The notes under the pieces: model-generated
What the model was told of the DNA's origin: nothing
What the model saw: only the letters and a program-made list of their open reading frames with translations
The model's database searches: none
Made by a program: the position numbers and the translations under genes
Origin: Geopsychrobacteraceae bacterium
GTDB lineage: Bacteria; Desulfobacterota; Desulfuromonadia; Desulfuromonadales; Geopsychrobacteraceae
Length of the DNA stretch: 64,000 nt
Direction: 5' to 3'
Assembly: GCA_963676795.2 (NCBI GenBank)
Contig: CAXXTB010000001.1
Location: 928,001-992,000, forward strand
Shown: piece after piece, positions 51,651-63,825 of the stretch
How the letters are laid out: each line of letters starts with the position of its first letter
Numbering within the stretch: the first letter of the stretch is position 1

Positions 51651-52129
51651 GGTTTTTTTCTCCTAAGTTTGGGTAAGGTTTTCCTACGTGTTTTTTGTGC
51701 GGCACGAGGGAAACACTAGCGGTAAGATTTAAGGCTGTAAAGAAGAAAAAAAGTCTGTAACACGCTGATATGGTTGATAAAAGTTGTTAAATGTTTGTCG
51801 CGGTAAGGAATGGTGAAGGTTGATAAAAGTTGTGAAAGGTTTACTTTTGTTAATAAAAACAATTGGTTTGAAAGGGAGCAAAGTGTTGGTCTTGGCTAAT
51901 GGTATTGTTGAAAGAAAATTTCATTTTTTTTGACACAGAGATGAAAATATCTTCTTTTCGCTCTGGATCGAAAAGAAGTTCATCAACTTGCGGTATCGTT
52001 GATTTTTGTTGTGAAGGCAGTAGTAGAAGAAGTGCTAGAAAAATCAAAACTGGGACAGGACTGGGATAAATCCGAAATTTGAAAAACAAAAGGCACTCGC
52101 CAATACAAGCTAAGTGCCTGATTTTACTA

Positions 52130-52205
<76 letters not shown>

Positions 52206-52374
52206 GTTGTGGTATGCATATCTACCGCAATTAATATGAGAGAGTCAATCATATTGCTCGCATAAACGACGTTGATTCAGCTATAGTCCGAGACGACGTC
52301 GGTGGAGCAATGTTGACAATAGGTTACCGTGGTGGTAATAATTCAACAATGTTTACCATCCAGGGAAAATTGTT

Positions 52375-52812
52375 ATGGAAATGGTTCTGAAAAAACGTCT
52401 GCAACTGTTTGAAGATATCTGCCGGGGGCGGGGGTTGCGTCTGACGCCTCAACGCCTTGAGATCTTCAAGGAACTGGTCAAGTCCGATGACCACCCGACT
52501 GCGGAGCGCCTCCATCAACGGCTGCTGAAACGCCTGCCGACCCTGTCTCTTGATACTGTCTACCGAACCCTGGCAACCTTTGTCGATCTGGGAGTCGCCA
52601 TCCGTGTCGAAACGGTCGAGAGCCATGCTCATTTCGAGGCTTACTTTCAGGATCATCATCATGTGATCTGTCGTAAGTGCGATAAGATTATCGATTTTGA
52701 ATGGGAAATCTTCGATTCTTCCGATCTGCCTGAGCAGGTGAAGACATGGGGACAGGTCGAGAGAAAGGATATTGTCCTTTACGGCATCTGTAACGATTGT
52801 TTACAAAAATAG
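52375..52812 (+). CDS. perR: Fur-family regulator, PerR-like
   Basis: TPQR, HPTA, TVYRTL, HHHxxCxxC and C-terminal CxxC; upstream of catalase-peroxidase. Confidence 0.8.
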   Translation: MEMVLKKRLQLFEDICRGRGLRLTPQRLEIFKELVKSDDHPTAERLHQRLLKRLPTLSLDTVYRTLATFVDLGVAIRVETVESHAHFEAYFQDHHHVICRKCDKIIDFEWEIFDSSDLPEQVKTWGQVERKDIVLYGICNDCLQK

Positions 52813-52835
52813 TCATTGACTTTTTTTATCTCATA

Positions 52836-52854
52836 AATAAGAATAATTCCTTGT
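52836..52854. promoter_or_regulatory. Putative PerR/Fur box overlapping the katG promoter
   Basis: AATAAGAA-TAA-TTCCTTGT imperfect palindrome downstream of TTGACT (52816). Confidence 0.55.
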
Positions 52855-52913
52855 AAGTAATATATCGAAAATGCTGGACTCATGATAAAAGAGCGTTAGA
52901 CTTTCTATTTTGA

Positions 52914-55172
<2,259 letters not shown>

Positions 55173-55211
55173 TTCTCTTTTTCCCTGCACAAAGATGTCT
55201 GTTTGAGTAAT

Positions 55212-55242
55212 GCCGCCGGAGTATTTCCGGCGGCTTTTTTTT
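55212..55242 (+). terminator. Intrinsic terminator
   Basis: gccgccgga-gtatt-tccggcggc followed by a T run. Confidence 0.85.
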
Positions 55243-55475
55243 AAAAAAATTCCATCTGTTCATTGGTTGGAATTAACTACCTGTATATATTGTGATCTGA
55301 TTACCTTTTCTTTTAATGTCAATATGTTGGAGGGTTTGGCTGGGGGCATGGCCTGGTTGTTGTTCTGGCTTTTGTCTAGCTGATATGGCATTGTGTTGGA
55401 CTTTCGTTAGGGGGACGTTAGTATTTTGCACAAATTGCGGCCATTCTCCAGAGGAGGGGACCGAAAGTCCGCATT

Positions 55476-57566
55476 GTGCTCAAATTGGAGTCGAAGGTGA
55501 TTAGATCGTTTTTTCAAGGGTTAACTCTCCGCGGGAAGTTAACCTTTTTGATTACCCTTACAAGTTGTTTTGTTCTGTGTCTGACGATTCTGGCGGCAAT
55601 GTTTTTTCAGTGGGGCCGACTGCGCGAGGAACTGCTTGAGGAAGCTCTGACGCTGTCCTATGAGATCAAGGACGATTGTGCAAAAGGCTTGAGGGACCAT
55701 GATCTCGAGAGCCTGAAGCGCGTTCTGGCCATTGTTCCGTTGAGAAAAAATTTTACTGCGGCCGCCGTTTTTGATGAAAATCAGCAGCTTCTCGCATCGA
55801 TTGCGGATTCTCCGGAAGTCGAACTGCCGGTTCTGGCCGGTCGTGAGTACGGTTATTCCTTCGGCCCGGCCTACTTCGATATGGTCGAACCGATCCGGTT
55901 TGATGGTAAAGTCCTCGGCTTTCTGGCTCTGCGCGCCGGTATGCTGCGGATTCATGCGACGATGTGGCATTATGTCATCATCGGCGGAGGCGCTTTTGTC
56001 GTTTATTCGCTGATTGCCTTGCTGGTTGCCCGTTTTCTTCAGCGCCTGATCTCCGACAGGGTTCTGACTCTGGCTGAGGCTATGGACCAGGTCGCAGTGG
56101 ATAAGGATTACAGCCGGCGGGTCAGCAAGAGGGCGAACGACGAGATCGGGCGGCTGTTCGACGGCTTTAACCGCATGCTCGGTGAAATCGAGAAGCGCGA
56201 AACGGAATTGCGTGACAGCGAAAGCCGGCTCGATTTTCTCGCTCATCATGATCATCTCACCCAGCTGCCGAACCGTCGCCTGCTGCAGGCCCGCCTCGAA
56301 CATGCCCTGGCCCGTTGCAACAGAACGCAGTCGCGCCTGGCACTTCTGTTTATCGATCTCGACCGCTTCAAGAATATCAACGATTCCCTCGGTCACGATT
56401 CCGGCGACAAGGTGCTGCGTCATGTCGCCAATTGCCTGAAGAGCCAGATCCGTGAATCTGATACCCTGGCGCGAAACGGTGGCGACGAATTCGTTATTCT
56501 TGTTGAACAGTTCAAAAAGAATGATGACCTGCGGCGCTTTGTCCAGAAATTGCTCCGGGAGCTTGCCAAACCGCTTGATGATGAAGGCCAGCTGCTCCAT
56601 GTAACCGCGACGATCGGGATCAGTTTGTTTCCGGATGATGGTGAAGATCCCGGAACCTTGATGCGAGCCGCCGACGCGGCGATGTACCGGGCCAAATATG
56701 ACGGGCGTAACCGTTTTCAGTTTTTCTCGCCGGAAATGAACAGTCATAGCCGTGAGTGCCTGCTGATGGAAAATCATCTGCGCAAGGCGCTTGAGAGAGA
56801 TGAATTTCATCTTGTCTACCAGCCGCAATATCACCTCAATAGCGGCCGTCTGATCGGTTTTGAAGCCCTGTTGCGTTGGGACAATGCTGAGTTAGGCAGG
56901 GTTTCGCCCGCCGACTTCATCCCTCTTGCCGAAGAGATCGGGATGATTGTGCCGATCGGCGACTGGATTCTCGTCACTGCCTGCCAGATGATCAAGAGTT
57001 TGCAGGACACATGGAAGATTCCCCTGCGAATCGCGGTCAATCTGTCTCCCCGCCAGTTCCGTGACGATTCGCTGGTCGGTTCAGTCGCCAGAGCTCTGTA
57101 TCGCAGTGGTCTGGCTCCCGGATCTCTGGAGCTGGAGATTACCGAAGGCACCGTTATGGATGATGTCGGTGACGCCATCAGCAAGATGGAACAGTTCAAG
57201 AAGATGGGGGTGCATCTGGCGATCGATGATTTTGGAACGGGCTATTCCTCTCTGGGCTACCTGAAGAAATTCCCGATTTCAAGGCTGAAGATCGACCAGT
57301 CGTTCGTGCGCGATCTGGAGCAGAGCAGCAGCGACGCAGCCATCATAAACTCGATCATTGCGCTGGGCCGGACAATGAATCTCGAAGTCATTGCCGAAGG
57401 GATAGAGCATGCTGAGCAGTTTGCGTTCCTGAAGGAGGAGGGCTGTCATTTCGGCCAGGGCTTTCTGATGGGCCGCCCGCTGGCGGAAGAGGATCTGCAG
57501 AAGAATGTCGACCTGAGTCTTTTGCTCGCCAGTTCCAATGAGGCGATGACCGGCCATTTTCACTGA
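55476..57566 (+). CDS. Membrane HAMP-GGDEF-EAL protein
   Basis: 2 TM, HAMP, GGDEF, EAL, DDFGTGYSS; start uncertain. Confidence 0.92.
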   Translation: MLKLESKVIRSFFQGLTLRGKLTFLITLTSCFVLCLTILAAMFFQWGRLREELLEEALTLSYEIKDDCAKGLRDHDLESLKRVLAIVPLRKNFTAAAVFDENQQLLASIADSPEVELPVLAGREYGYSFGPAYFDMVEPIRFDGKVLGFLALRAGMLRIHATMWHYVIIGGGAFVVYSLIALLVARFLQRLISDRVLTLAEAMDQVAVDKDYSRRVSKRANDEIGRLFDGFNRMLGEIEKRETELRDSESRLDFLAHHDHLTQLPNRRLLQARLEHALARCNRTQSRLALLFIDLDRFKNINDSLGHDSGDKVLRHVANCLKSQIRESDTLARNGGDEFVILVEQFKKNDDLRRFVQKLLRELAKPLDDEGQLLHVTATIGISLFPDDGEDPGTLMRAADAAMYRAKYDGRNRFQFFSPEMNSHSRECLLMENHLRKALERDEFHLVYQPQYHLNSGRLIGFEALLRWDNAELGRVSPADFIPLAEEIGMIVPIGDWILVTACQMIKSLQDTWKIPLRIAVNLSPRQFRDDSLVGSVARALYRSGLAPGSLELEITEGTVMDDVGDAISKMEQFKKMGVHLAIDDFGTGYSSLGYLKKFPISRLKIDQSFVRDLEQSSSDAAIINSIIALGRTMNLEVIAEGIEHAEQFAFLKEEGCHFGQGFLMGRPLAEEDLQKNVDLSLLLASSNEAMTGHFH

Positions 57567-57609
57567 AAAGAGAGTGCGCTTCCGCAGGGGAAACGCACTC
57601 GACTCAACA

Positions 57610-58422
57610 TCAGAACCAGTTATCCTTCTCTTCGGCATAGACCTTCGGCAATAATGCTGCCAGGTTCGCGAATTCCTTGACATTGTGCCCGAGCAGATCG
57701 GTCGGGCCCTGAACCGGGATCTTGAATCCGTCGGGAATCATCTTGACTGGTTTGCCATCGATAATCTGCCAGCCGAACCAGAAGCGCGAGCGCAGTTCAG
57801 AGCCTCCCTCGACCGGACGCAGGAAGTGGGTCATAACCACCGGAACGTCGGGGTGCAGGTCGTTGCCGTAAGCGAAGCAGTTGGCGCAGACCAGGGCGTT
57901 GCAGGCTTCGGTATCGATCCGGCTTTCGTCGTAGCCCATATCGCCCGGGCGCATGAAATGGATCTGCAGCAGATCAACGTTGCCGGTACCGATATCCTCC
58001 CAGATCTTGTGGATACTTCCCCAGTGCCGTTCGCGCATCGACAGGCTCATGTCACGGGCCTTGGCCGGATCGGCGAGCTGGACATCATAATGATCTTCAC
58101 TGTCCCAGATGGCGTAGCGCAGCCGGTCGATCGGATGCCAGGCGAACCACCAGTCGAACATCTCGCCGGTCACACCGGGGAACTGGGTGTGGTTGGCAAT
58201 GACGACAGTGCCGTCTTCAAGGGCCCAGAGGCCGAACTCTTCCGGGAAATAGCCAGGATTGAATAGATCGTTGCGGTTCTCGATACGGGGTGCAATGGCA
58301 TTGTCCAGGGGACCGCGTTCGATCTTTTTATATTTTTTCGGGTCTCCCTCAGCGAGATCTGCCAGATAATACTTGAAGTAGTTTTTTTCTCTGTCCAGGT
58401 TGGATGCGGGTACTTTTGCCAT
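57610..58422 (-). CDS. PhlG/phloretin-hydrolase-like C-C hydrolase
   Basis: PGVTGEMFDWWFAWH, RYAIW...DH, ELRSRFWFG, HNVKEF. Confidence 0.8.
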   Translation of the reverse strand: MAKVPASNLDREKNYFKYYLADLAEGDPKKYKKIERGPLDNAIAPRIENRNDLFNPGYFPEEFGLWALEDGTVVIANHTQFPGVTGEMFDWWFAWHPIDRLRYAIWDSEDHYDVQLADPAKARDMSLSMRERHWGSIHKIWEDIGTGNVDLLQIHFMRPGDMGYDESRIDTEACNALVCANCFAYGNDLHPDVPVVMTHFLRPVEGGSELRSRFWFGWQIIDGKPVKMIPDGFKIPVQGPTDLLGHNVKEFANLAALLPKVYAEEKDNWF

Positions 58423-58449
58423 GTTGAGTCCTTTCTGCGCGGCTCAGTC

Positions 58450-59760
58450 TCAAGCCACGGGTTTTGTGTCACAGACCTCTTCAGTACTGTCAGCATAATC
58501 GATGGCCACCTCCTTGCCGATCAGTCTGTCATCCAGAACAATAGCGAGAATCAGGGCGATCACGTTGCCGACGATCAGGAACAGGTAGGCCTTGTCGATG
58601 GAACCGGTTTTGCTGACGGTAATGCCGATCAGGCCGAAAGCCAGGACCCGGATCGCACCGACGATGGTGTTGACCACTCGTGATGCTGAGGCGTAGTCCC
58701 AGCGACCGAAGGTCTGGGCCAGCATCGACGGCTGCAGGTTGCCGATGCCGCCGATCCCCCAGCCTGCCATGCAGATGCCGACGACCGTCCCCGGGATGCT
58801 CTTGGTTGAGGAGAGCAGGACAATGATGGCGATGATGTACCAGATGGCGTAGATGATCGTCGACTTTTTGGTTCCGATTTTCAGGTCGATCAGGCCCCAG
58901 ACGATACTGCCGACGATGCCAACGACGGCGGCGAGGGAGAGCATGATCAGGCCGAACTTCTGGGTGTGCCCGAGGCCGATCATGCGCGGAATCATCTGGC
59001 CGACCAGGCCGATGGTGGTCAGAAACAGCAGGCCATAGCAGATGCTCTGGATCCAGACGGTCTTGTTGGCAAGCAGCCGGCCGACGGTCCAGTCGCTTTT
59101 GTAGTTGGCCGCGATCTGGCGGGTTTTTTCCAGATTCTCAAGTCCGGAATCGTCGCCGTCCGGGTAGAGCCCCATCTCTTCCGGGGTGTTTTTGACCCAG
59201 AAGATCGAGATGATCCCCAGTAAGATGACCACAACGCCGAAGATCGAGAAAGCTCCGGCGATGCCGAACTTGCCGATCAGTACCGCGAGGATCGGCACAA
59301 ACAGTGCTGTCGCCAGTGGCATGCCCATCGATGACCAGCCAAGAGCATAACCTCTTTTGCGCGGGAACCAGCTGGAGGTCAGAGCGCCGGTGCAGACGTT
59401 GCCGTAACCGTTGGTGAAAAAGAAGACCAGGCAGACCGCGACGGCATACATAGCGACACTGGAAGCCTGGCCGTAGATAAAGCAGGCAATCCCCGAGCCG
59501 ATCAGGGCCAGCGGAATAACGAAGCGATTGCCTTTTTTGTCAACCAGCCAGGAAAAGAAGATGATCCCGATAAGACCGACCCAGCTGGCCGGGGTCGAGA
59601 GGGAAAGAATGGTTCCGTAATTCCAGCCATGAGCTTCAACAAACGCCGGAACCGAGATATTCTGGCCGTCGACCGCCAGGCCTGCATAGAAAAAAAACAT
59701 CAGTGCGACCAAAACCTGCAGGCCCCAGCCGTAGGTGAAACTCTTCTTTTTTTGAGACAT
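58450..59760 (-). CDS. MFS transporter
   Basis: About 12 TM, WFPRKRG.ALG, GLIDLKIG loop; AAGGGGAGG RBS. Confidence 0.88.
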   Translation of the reverse strand: MSQKKKSFTYGWGLQVLVALMFFFYAGLAVDGQNISVPAFVEAHGWNYGTILSLSTPASWVGLIGIIFFSWLVDKKGNRFVIPLALIGSGIACFIYGQASSVAMYAVAVCLVFFFTNGYGNVCTGALTSSWFPRKRGYALGWSSMGMPLATALFVPILAVLIGKFGIAGAFSIFGVVVILLGIISIFWVKNTPEEMGLYPDGDDSGLENLEKTRQIAANYKSDWTVGRLLANKTVWIQSICYGLLFLTTIGLVGQMIPRMIGLGHTQKFGLIMLSLAAVVGIVGSIVWGLIDLKIGTKKSTIIYAIWYIIAIIVLLSSTKSIPGTVVGICMAGWGIGGIGNLQPSMLAQTFGRWDYASASRVVNTIVGAIRVLAFGLIGITVSKTGSIDKAYLFLIVGNVIALILAIVLDDRLIGKEVAIDYADSTEEVCDTKPVA

Positions 59761-59899
59761 TAAATCCTCCCCTTTGAGATGGTTAACGAGTGTGGCAGCT
59801 CCTTCATGCAACAAAACTAGGTGTTATTTCGATAAATTGGAAATCGATATTTGGCATCTTGGTATTCCGAAATGGAATAGTTTGGGGATTTATGAAGAA

Positions 59900-60823
59900 T
59901 CAAGCATTTTCAGAGAGATAGTGGATCTTCAGGAGTTCAACAAAATCTTCAAGGTAGGGTTTTCTGTTGCTCTTTTTCCAGACGGCAATCAGGCCGCTAT
60001 AGGTTTCAGGAATGGCGAAGGTTTTGATCAACGGATTTTCCAGATTGCGTAAAAAACGGTCGCAGATCAGGACGTCATCATCATTTTCAATGCAGCTGAT
60101 CAGGGAGTTGGCATCCGGAGCATAACGGGAAATCTGAGGTTCAAACCCCTGGGCGCGGCACAGAGCCTGAACATAGCGATGGTAGACGGGGGCATCGATA
60201 GGGGAGAGGATGACAAATTTCTGGTTGTGCAGTTCTTTGAGGCTCAGGTTCTCTTTCCGGCTGAGCGGGTTTGATTCGAGCATGGCAATCAACTTCGGGC
60301 AGGTCGTGATCTGGGCCCAGGTCAGATCGTCGCTGAGCTGATCCTTTTCCATTTCGATGGTGATCATCAGGTCGATCTCATCCTTGGCCAACAGACTGCG
60401 CCATTTGCCGAAGGAAGAATAGCAGAGGTGAAAGGACAGATCCTGATAGAGCTGGCCGAGCTGCCTGCCGACCAGGGAGATGGCTCCCAGGTTGCTGCCC
60501 GAATCGAACCAGCAGACGGTCAGGTCATTCTTTTCATTGTCACTGTAACGGTAGGCTTCATCGATTGAGCTCTGGATCTGGGAACAGACGTTCTTCCAGC
60601 GCTGATAGAGAATTTTTCCCTGTTCTGTCAGTTCAACGGGACGTTTCTCCCGGGTGAACAGCTGCAGGCCTATGGCATTTTCCAGCGAGGAGATCCGTTT
60701 GCTCAGGGTCGGCTGGGTCATGTTCATCATTTCAGCTGCACGCGAAAAATTCTGTTCTTCAGCGACGATCAGAAACAGCTGAATCTGATAAATGCTGATA
60801 TCGGGAATGGTCAAGCGTTTCAT
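59900..60823 (-). CDS. LysR-family regulator
   Basis: NFSRAAE...TQPTLSKRISSLE...LF.R. Confidence 0.92.
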   Translation of the reverse strand: MKRLTIPDISIYQIQLFLIVAEEQNFSRAAEMMNMTQPTLSKRISSLENAIGLQLFTREKRPVELTEQGKILYQRWKNVCSQIQSSIDEAYRYSDNEKNDLTVCWFDSGSNLGAISLVGRQLGQLYQDLSFHLCYSSFGKWRSLLAKDEIDLMITIEMEKDQLSDDLTWAQITTCPKLIAMLESNPLSRKENLSLKELHNQKFVILSPIDAPVYHRYVQALCRAQGFEPQISRYAPDANSLISCIENDDDVLICDRFLRNLENPLIKTFAIPETYSGLIAVWKKSNRKPYLEDFVELLKIHYLSENA

Positions 60824-61833
60824 GGCAGCTCTCTCCCAGGGGAATGCTAGAGTCTAAACCAGCGATGTGAACTTATCAATGAAATTGAAAGGTTGGGAGA
60901 CTGGGTAAGACAGAATACTGGGAGTGTCTCAGCAGGAATGACGAATTGATTTTCTCTTAAGTCCGTGTTGCCTTGAGTTTTGTTGGTCATGCATTTGTGT
61001 CTTCCTGTAAGTGATGATGCCGTGCCAATGAATAGCTCTGGGGCTTAAGGATAAGAAAAGCTGATAGTTTGTATTTAAACATTTCATGTTGGGTTTTGCT
61101 CTTGAGATGATATGGGAAATTTCTTTTAAGTTTTTGAAAATATTATAAAAGATAGATTTTTTAGCAGTCTGAAAGGCTCAGATTGACAATTTTCCAGATC
61201 TTGAGTTCGCCGAGGAATTAATGATATATTCCTCAGCCAACAGCAGCAGTTTTTTTTGCATCGTGATTGGGTATGTTTCAATCTCAGATCTCGGCAACGG
61301 AACCCGCTGCAGGGTAGTGAAAAAGTAAATAGCTCAAAGATGAGTCAACCCGATAATGGTTGCGTGTTTGCATGTGGACGAGAAAGCGATCGAAAGCTGA
61401 TTAACACTTCCAGATTTACAGCGAGGCATTCCCTCTGATTTAACTCTCAAGAAGTGCACTTCCCAGCTCAAGAAGAAATCACAAGCTATTCCATCCAGAG
61501 TCTTTACCGTTACGGTAAAGGTACGAGTGCTCTTTGATCCATCCTGTACCCCAGGGAACGGACGGGGTACTTCCACGGCATATCCAAGCATCTGTATTTT
61601 AAGTAACTTTCTGTTTCACAGAAGCGACATGGTTTGTTTGCGCCACTCCTGCCTCAGTGGTGAGCAGGGTGCGCTTTGTAGAAACGTCGATTCGGTTGAA
61701 GTCCAACAGATACCGATAATCGCCAGACCTGAATTTTGTGGGAGAGCATTCCGTGCCTGCCACGAATAAGGTCAGTCCTCTCACCAGAAATGGTGAACGA
61801 GATATAAACGAAATATTAGACATATAGGAGAAA

Positions 61834-62037
61834 ATGATGAAACTTCCAATGCCACTCGTATTGCTGCAAGTATTACTGGTCCCCCTTTGGTTGCTGACTT
61901 TTTATGTGCTGCTGCTTATGTCCCCGACTGAAGTCAGGATTGAAACCGTTGGTAACGGCTTGAATCCAGAACAGGCTCAAATGAGCGCTTATTCTGCCTA
62001 TTTGGATGAAGCTGTCGTTCGCTATGCCCGTAATTAG
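61834..62037 (+). CDS. Small membrane protein (67 aa)
   Basis: AGGAG RBS, one hydrophobic helix, hairpin downstream at ~62105-62138. Confidence 0.55.
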   Translation: MMKLPMPLVLLQVLLVPLWLLTFYVLLLMSPTEVRIETVGNGLNPEQAQMSAYSAYLDEAVVRYARN

Positions 62038-62483
62038 CGGCGACGATCGAAATAATCTATTCTCATATGCTTCAACTCGCTTGACTGTTTCTGATTGTGT
62101 TTGAGATAGGGGGCTCTCCTCTATGGGGCCCCCTATCTATTCACTGGGTTCGGTTAACAGCATTCCCATCTTTTTTTTAATTTCGTTTCTCAATCCAAAT
62201 AGCATTGAAACTCTCGTGAGCCGCAAGCGCTGTCAGTACCGCGCTCTTTTTTGTTCTGGCCTGTGCAGTTCCGCAAGCACTATCATATAAGAATATGTAA
62301 TGTAGAACATTAAAACCATTCATTTGACTTATATTTGATTGACTAATACTATCTGACCAAACAATTAGTCAAGAAGAAACAGGCAGCTTCCAAAAAAATC
62401 AGTCCCGGCTTCAGCAGTCTTATTGCTCAGAGCGAATAAGACGATCGCATACAGAATTTTAACCACTACAAAGGGAGTTTCTT

Positions 62484-63740
62484 ATGGATCATCCATGGTT
62501 TGTCGACGGAAAATGGTATGTGTCTTATCTGGGCTGGGATCCCGAGGTGCGCAAGCAGATGCCGCTGCTGCCGAAGAAGGTCGGGATTCGAGACGTCACT
62601 TTCCGCGAAGGGGATGACTGCCCGGGCTTCACCTTGAGTGTCGCCGAAAAGATGGAACTGCTTCACATCGCCGTTGAGATGGGCGTCGAAGAGATCGATA
62701 TCGGCGGCCCGTCGATGCACCCTCACCAGCTTGAATTCGCCAAGGCGGCCGCCGCCTCCGGTCTGAACGTCCGCAGAACCGCCCGCTTCTTCGCCAATAC
62801 GACGATGGACTACAAGAAGGCGACCGACATCTGCATGGAATCGGGCGCGACCAATATCCGTATCGTCATTATGGCGCTCAACGAAGAGGCGATTCTCAAG
62901 CAGCTCGAAGTCTTCCCGCCGATGGTCGAATACGTCCATTCCCAGTACAAGACCGATGTCTGCTGGTCGCTGTCGGATACCTTCCGGGTCGACATGGAGC
63001 TGATCAAGAAGGTCTACAAGACCGGTCTTGCAGCGGGAGCCGACAAAGCCTCGGTCAACGACACCTTCGGGGTCGCCACCCCTGCCGTCATGCGCTACCT
63101 TTCCTCGACGGTCAAGAACCTGCTTCCGGAAGGCTTCCCGATGAAGGCCCACTGCCACAACAACTACGGGATGGCCACCGCCAACTCGCTGGCCGCCTGT
63201 GAAGGGGGCGCCACCGAAGTCGATGTCGCCATCAACGGCTACGGCGATGACGCCGGCAACGCCGCCCTCGAAGAAGTCGCCGTCGGTCTTGAGGCGCTCT
63301 ACGGCATCGACACCGGCCTGAATCTGGAAATGCTCAGCAAGTATTCGCAGAAAGCGATCGAGATCGGCAAGCTGCCGATCCAGTCGCACAAAGCGATCTC
63401 CGGCGAGAACGCCTTCCTGCGTCCGATGTACATCTGGGACGGCAAGAACATGGCCACCGAATCCTGGCAGTCTGCCGAAGCGCTCAACCCTGAAGTCGTC
63501 GGCTGCCACGACAATATCGTCTTCGGTCCGAAAGCCAGCCTGGACCCCGAGCCGATCGAATGGAAGTTCAAGGAACTGGGGCTGCCCTACACGGCTGAGG
63601 ATGTTGTCAAGGTGCGTGAGACCGTCCAGCAGCTGATCAAGGAAGATATCACCGTCAAGCTGCCGCGCAAGTATGTCAAGGAAGCGGAATTCGAAGAGAT
63701 CCTCAAGAAGGTCTCGAAAAGCTCCAAGGCGATGGTGTAA
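62484..63740 (+). CDS. DRE-TIM metallolyase (LeuA/homocitrate-synthase-like, divergent)
   Basis: DVTFREGDD, DTFG..TP, HCHNNYG.A.AN, GNAALEE; no regulatory C-terminal domain. Confidence 0.8.
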   Translation: MDHPWFVDGKWYVSYLGWDPEVRKQMPLLPKKVGIRDVTFREGDDCPGFTLSVAEKMELLHIAVEMGVEEIDIGGPSMHPHQLEFAKAAAASGLNVRRTARFFANTTMDYKKATDICMESGATNIRIVIMALNEEAILKQLEVFPPMVEYVHSQYKTDVCWSLSDTFRVDMELIKKVYKTGLAAGADKASVNDTFGVATPAVMRYLSSTVKNLLPEGFPMKAHCHNNYGMATANSLAACEGGATEVDVAINGYGDDAGNAALEEVAVGLEALYGIDTGLNLEMLSKYSQKAIEIGKLPIQSHKAISGENAFLRPMYIWDGKNMATESWQSAEALNPEVVGCHDNIVFGPKASLDPEPIEWKFKELGLPYTAEDVVKVRETVQQLIKEDITVKLPRKYVKEAEFEEILKKVSKSSKAMV

Positions 63741-63825
63741 TTGATTCAAGAGGCAGTGTGTCGCGGCCACAGGTGGTCGCGGCACAGGGTTTTTCATCAA
63801 CTAGAAGCAAACGGGGAGGAAAGCC

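Noticed and set aside
51850..52089. 79-aa minus-strand ORF at the island's right end
   Set aside because: No clear RBS, overlaps the putative arm sites, low-complexity composition; unsupported.
61012..61029. TTGGCACG on the minus strand upstream of the LysR gene as a sigma54 promoter
   Set aside because: -24 element matches but there is no acceptable -12 element.
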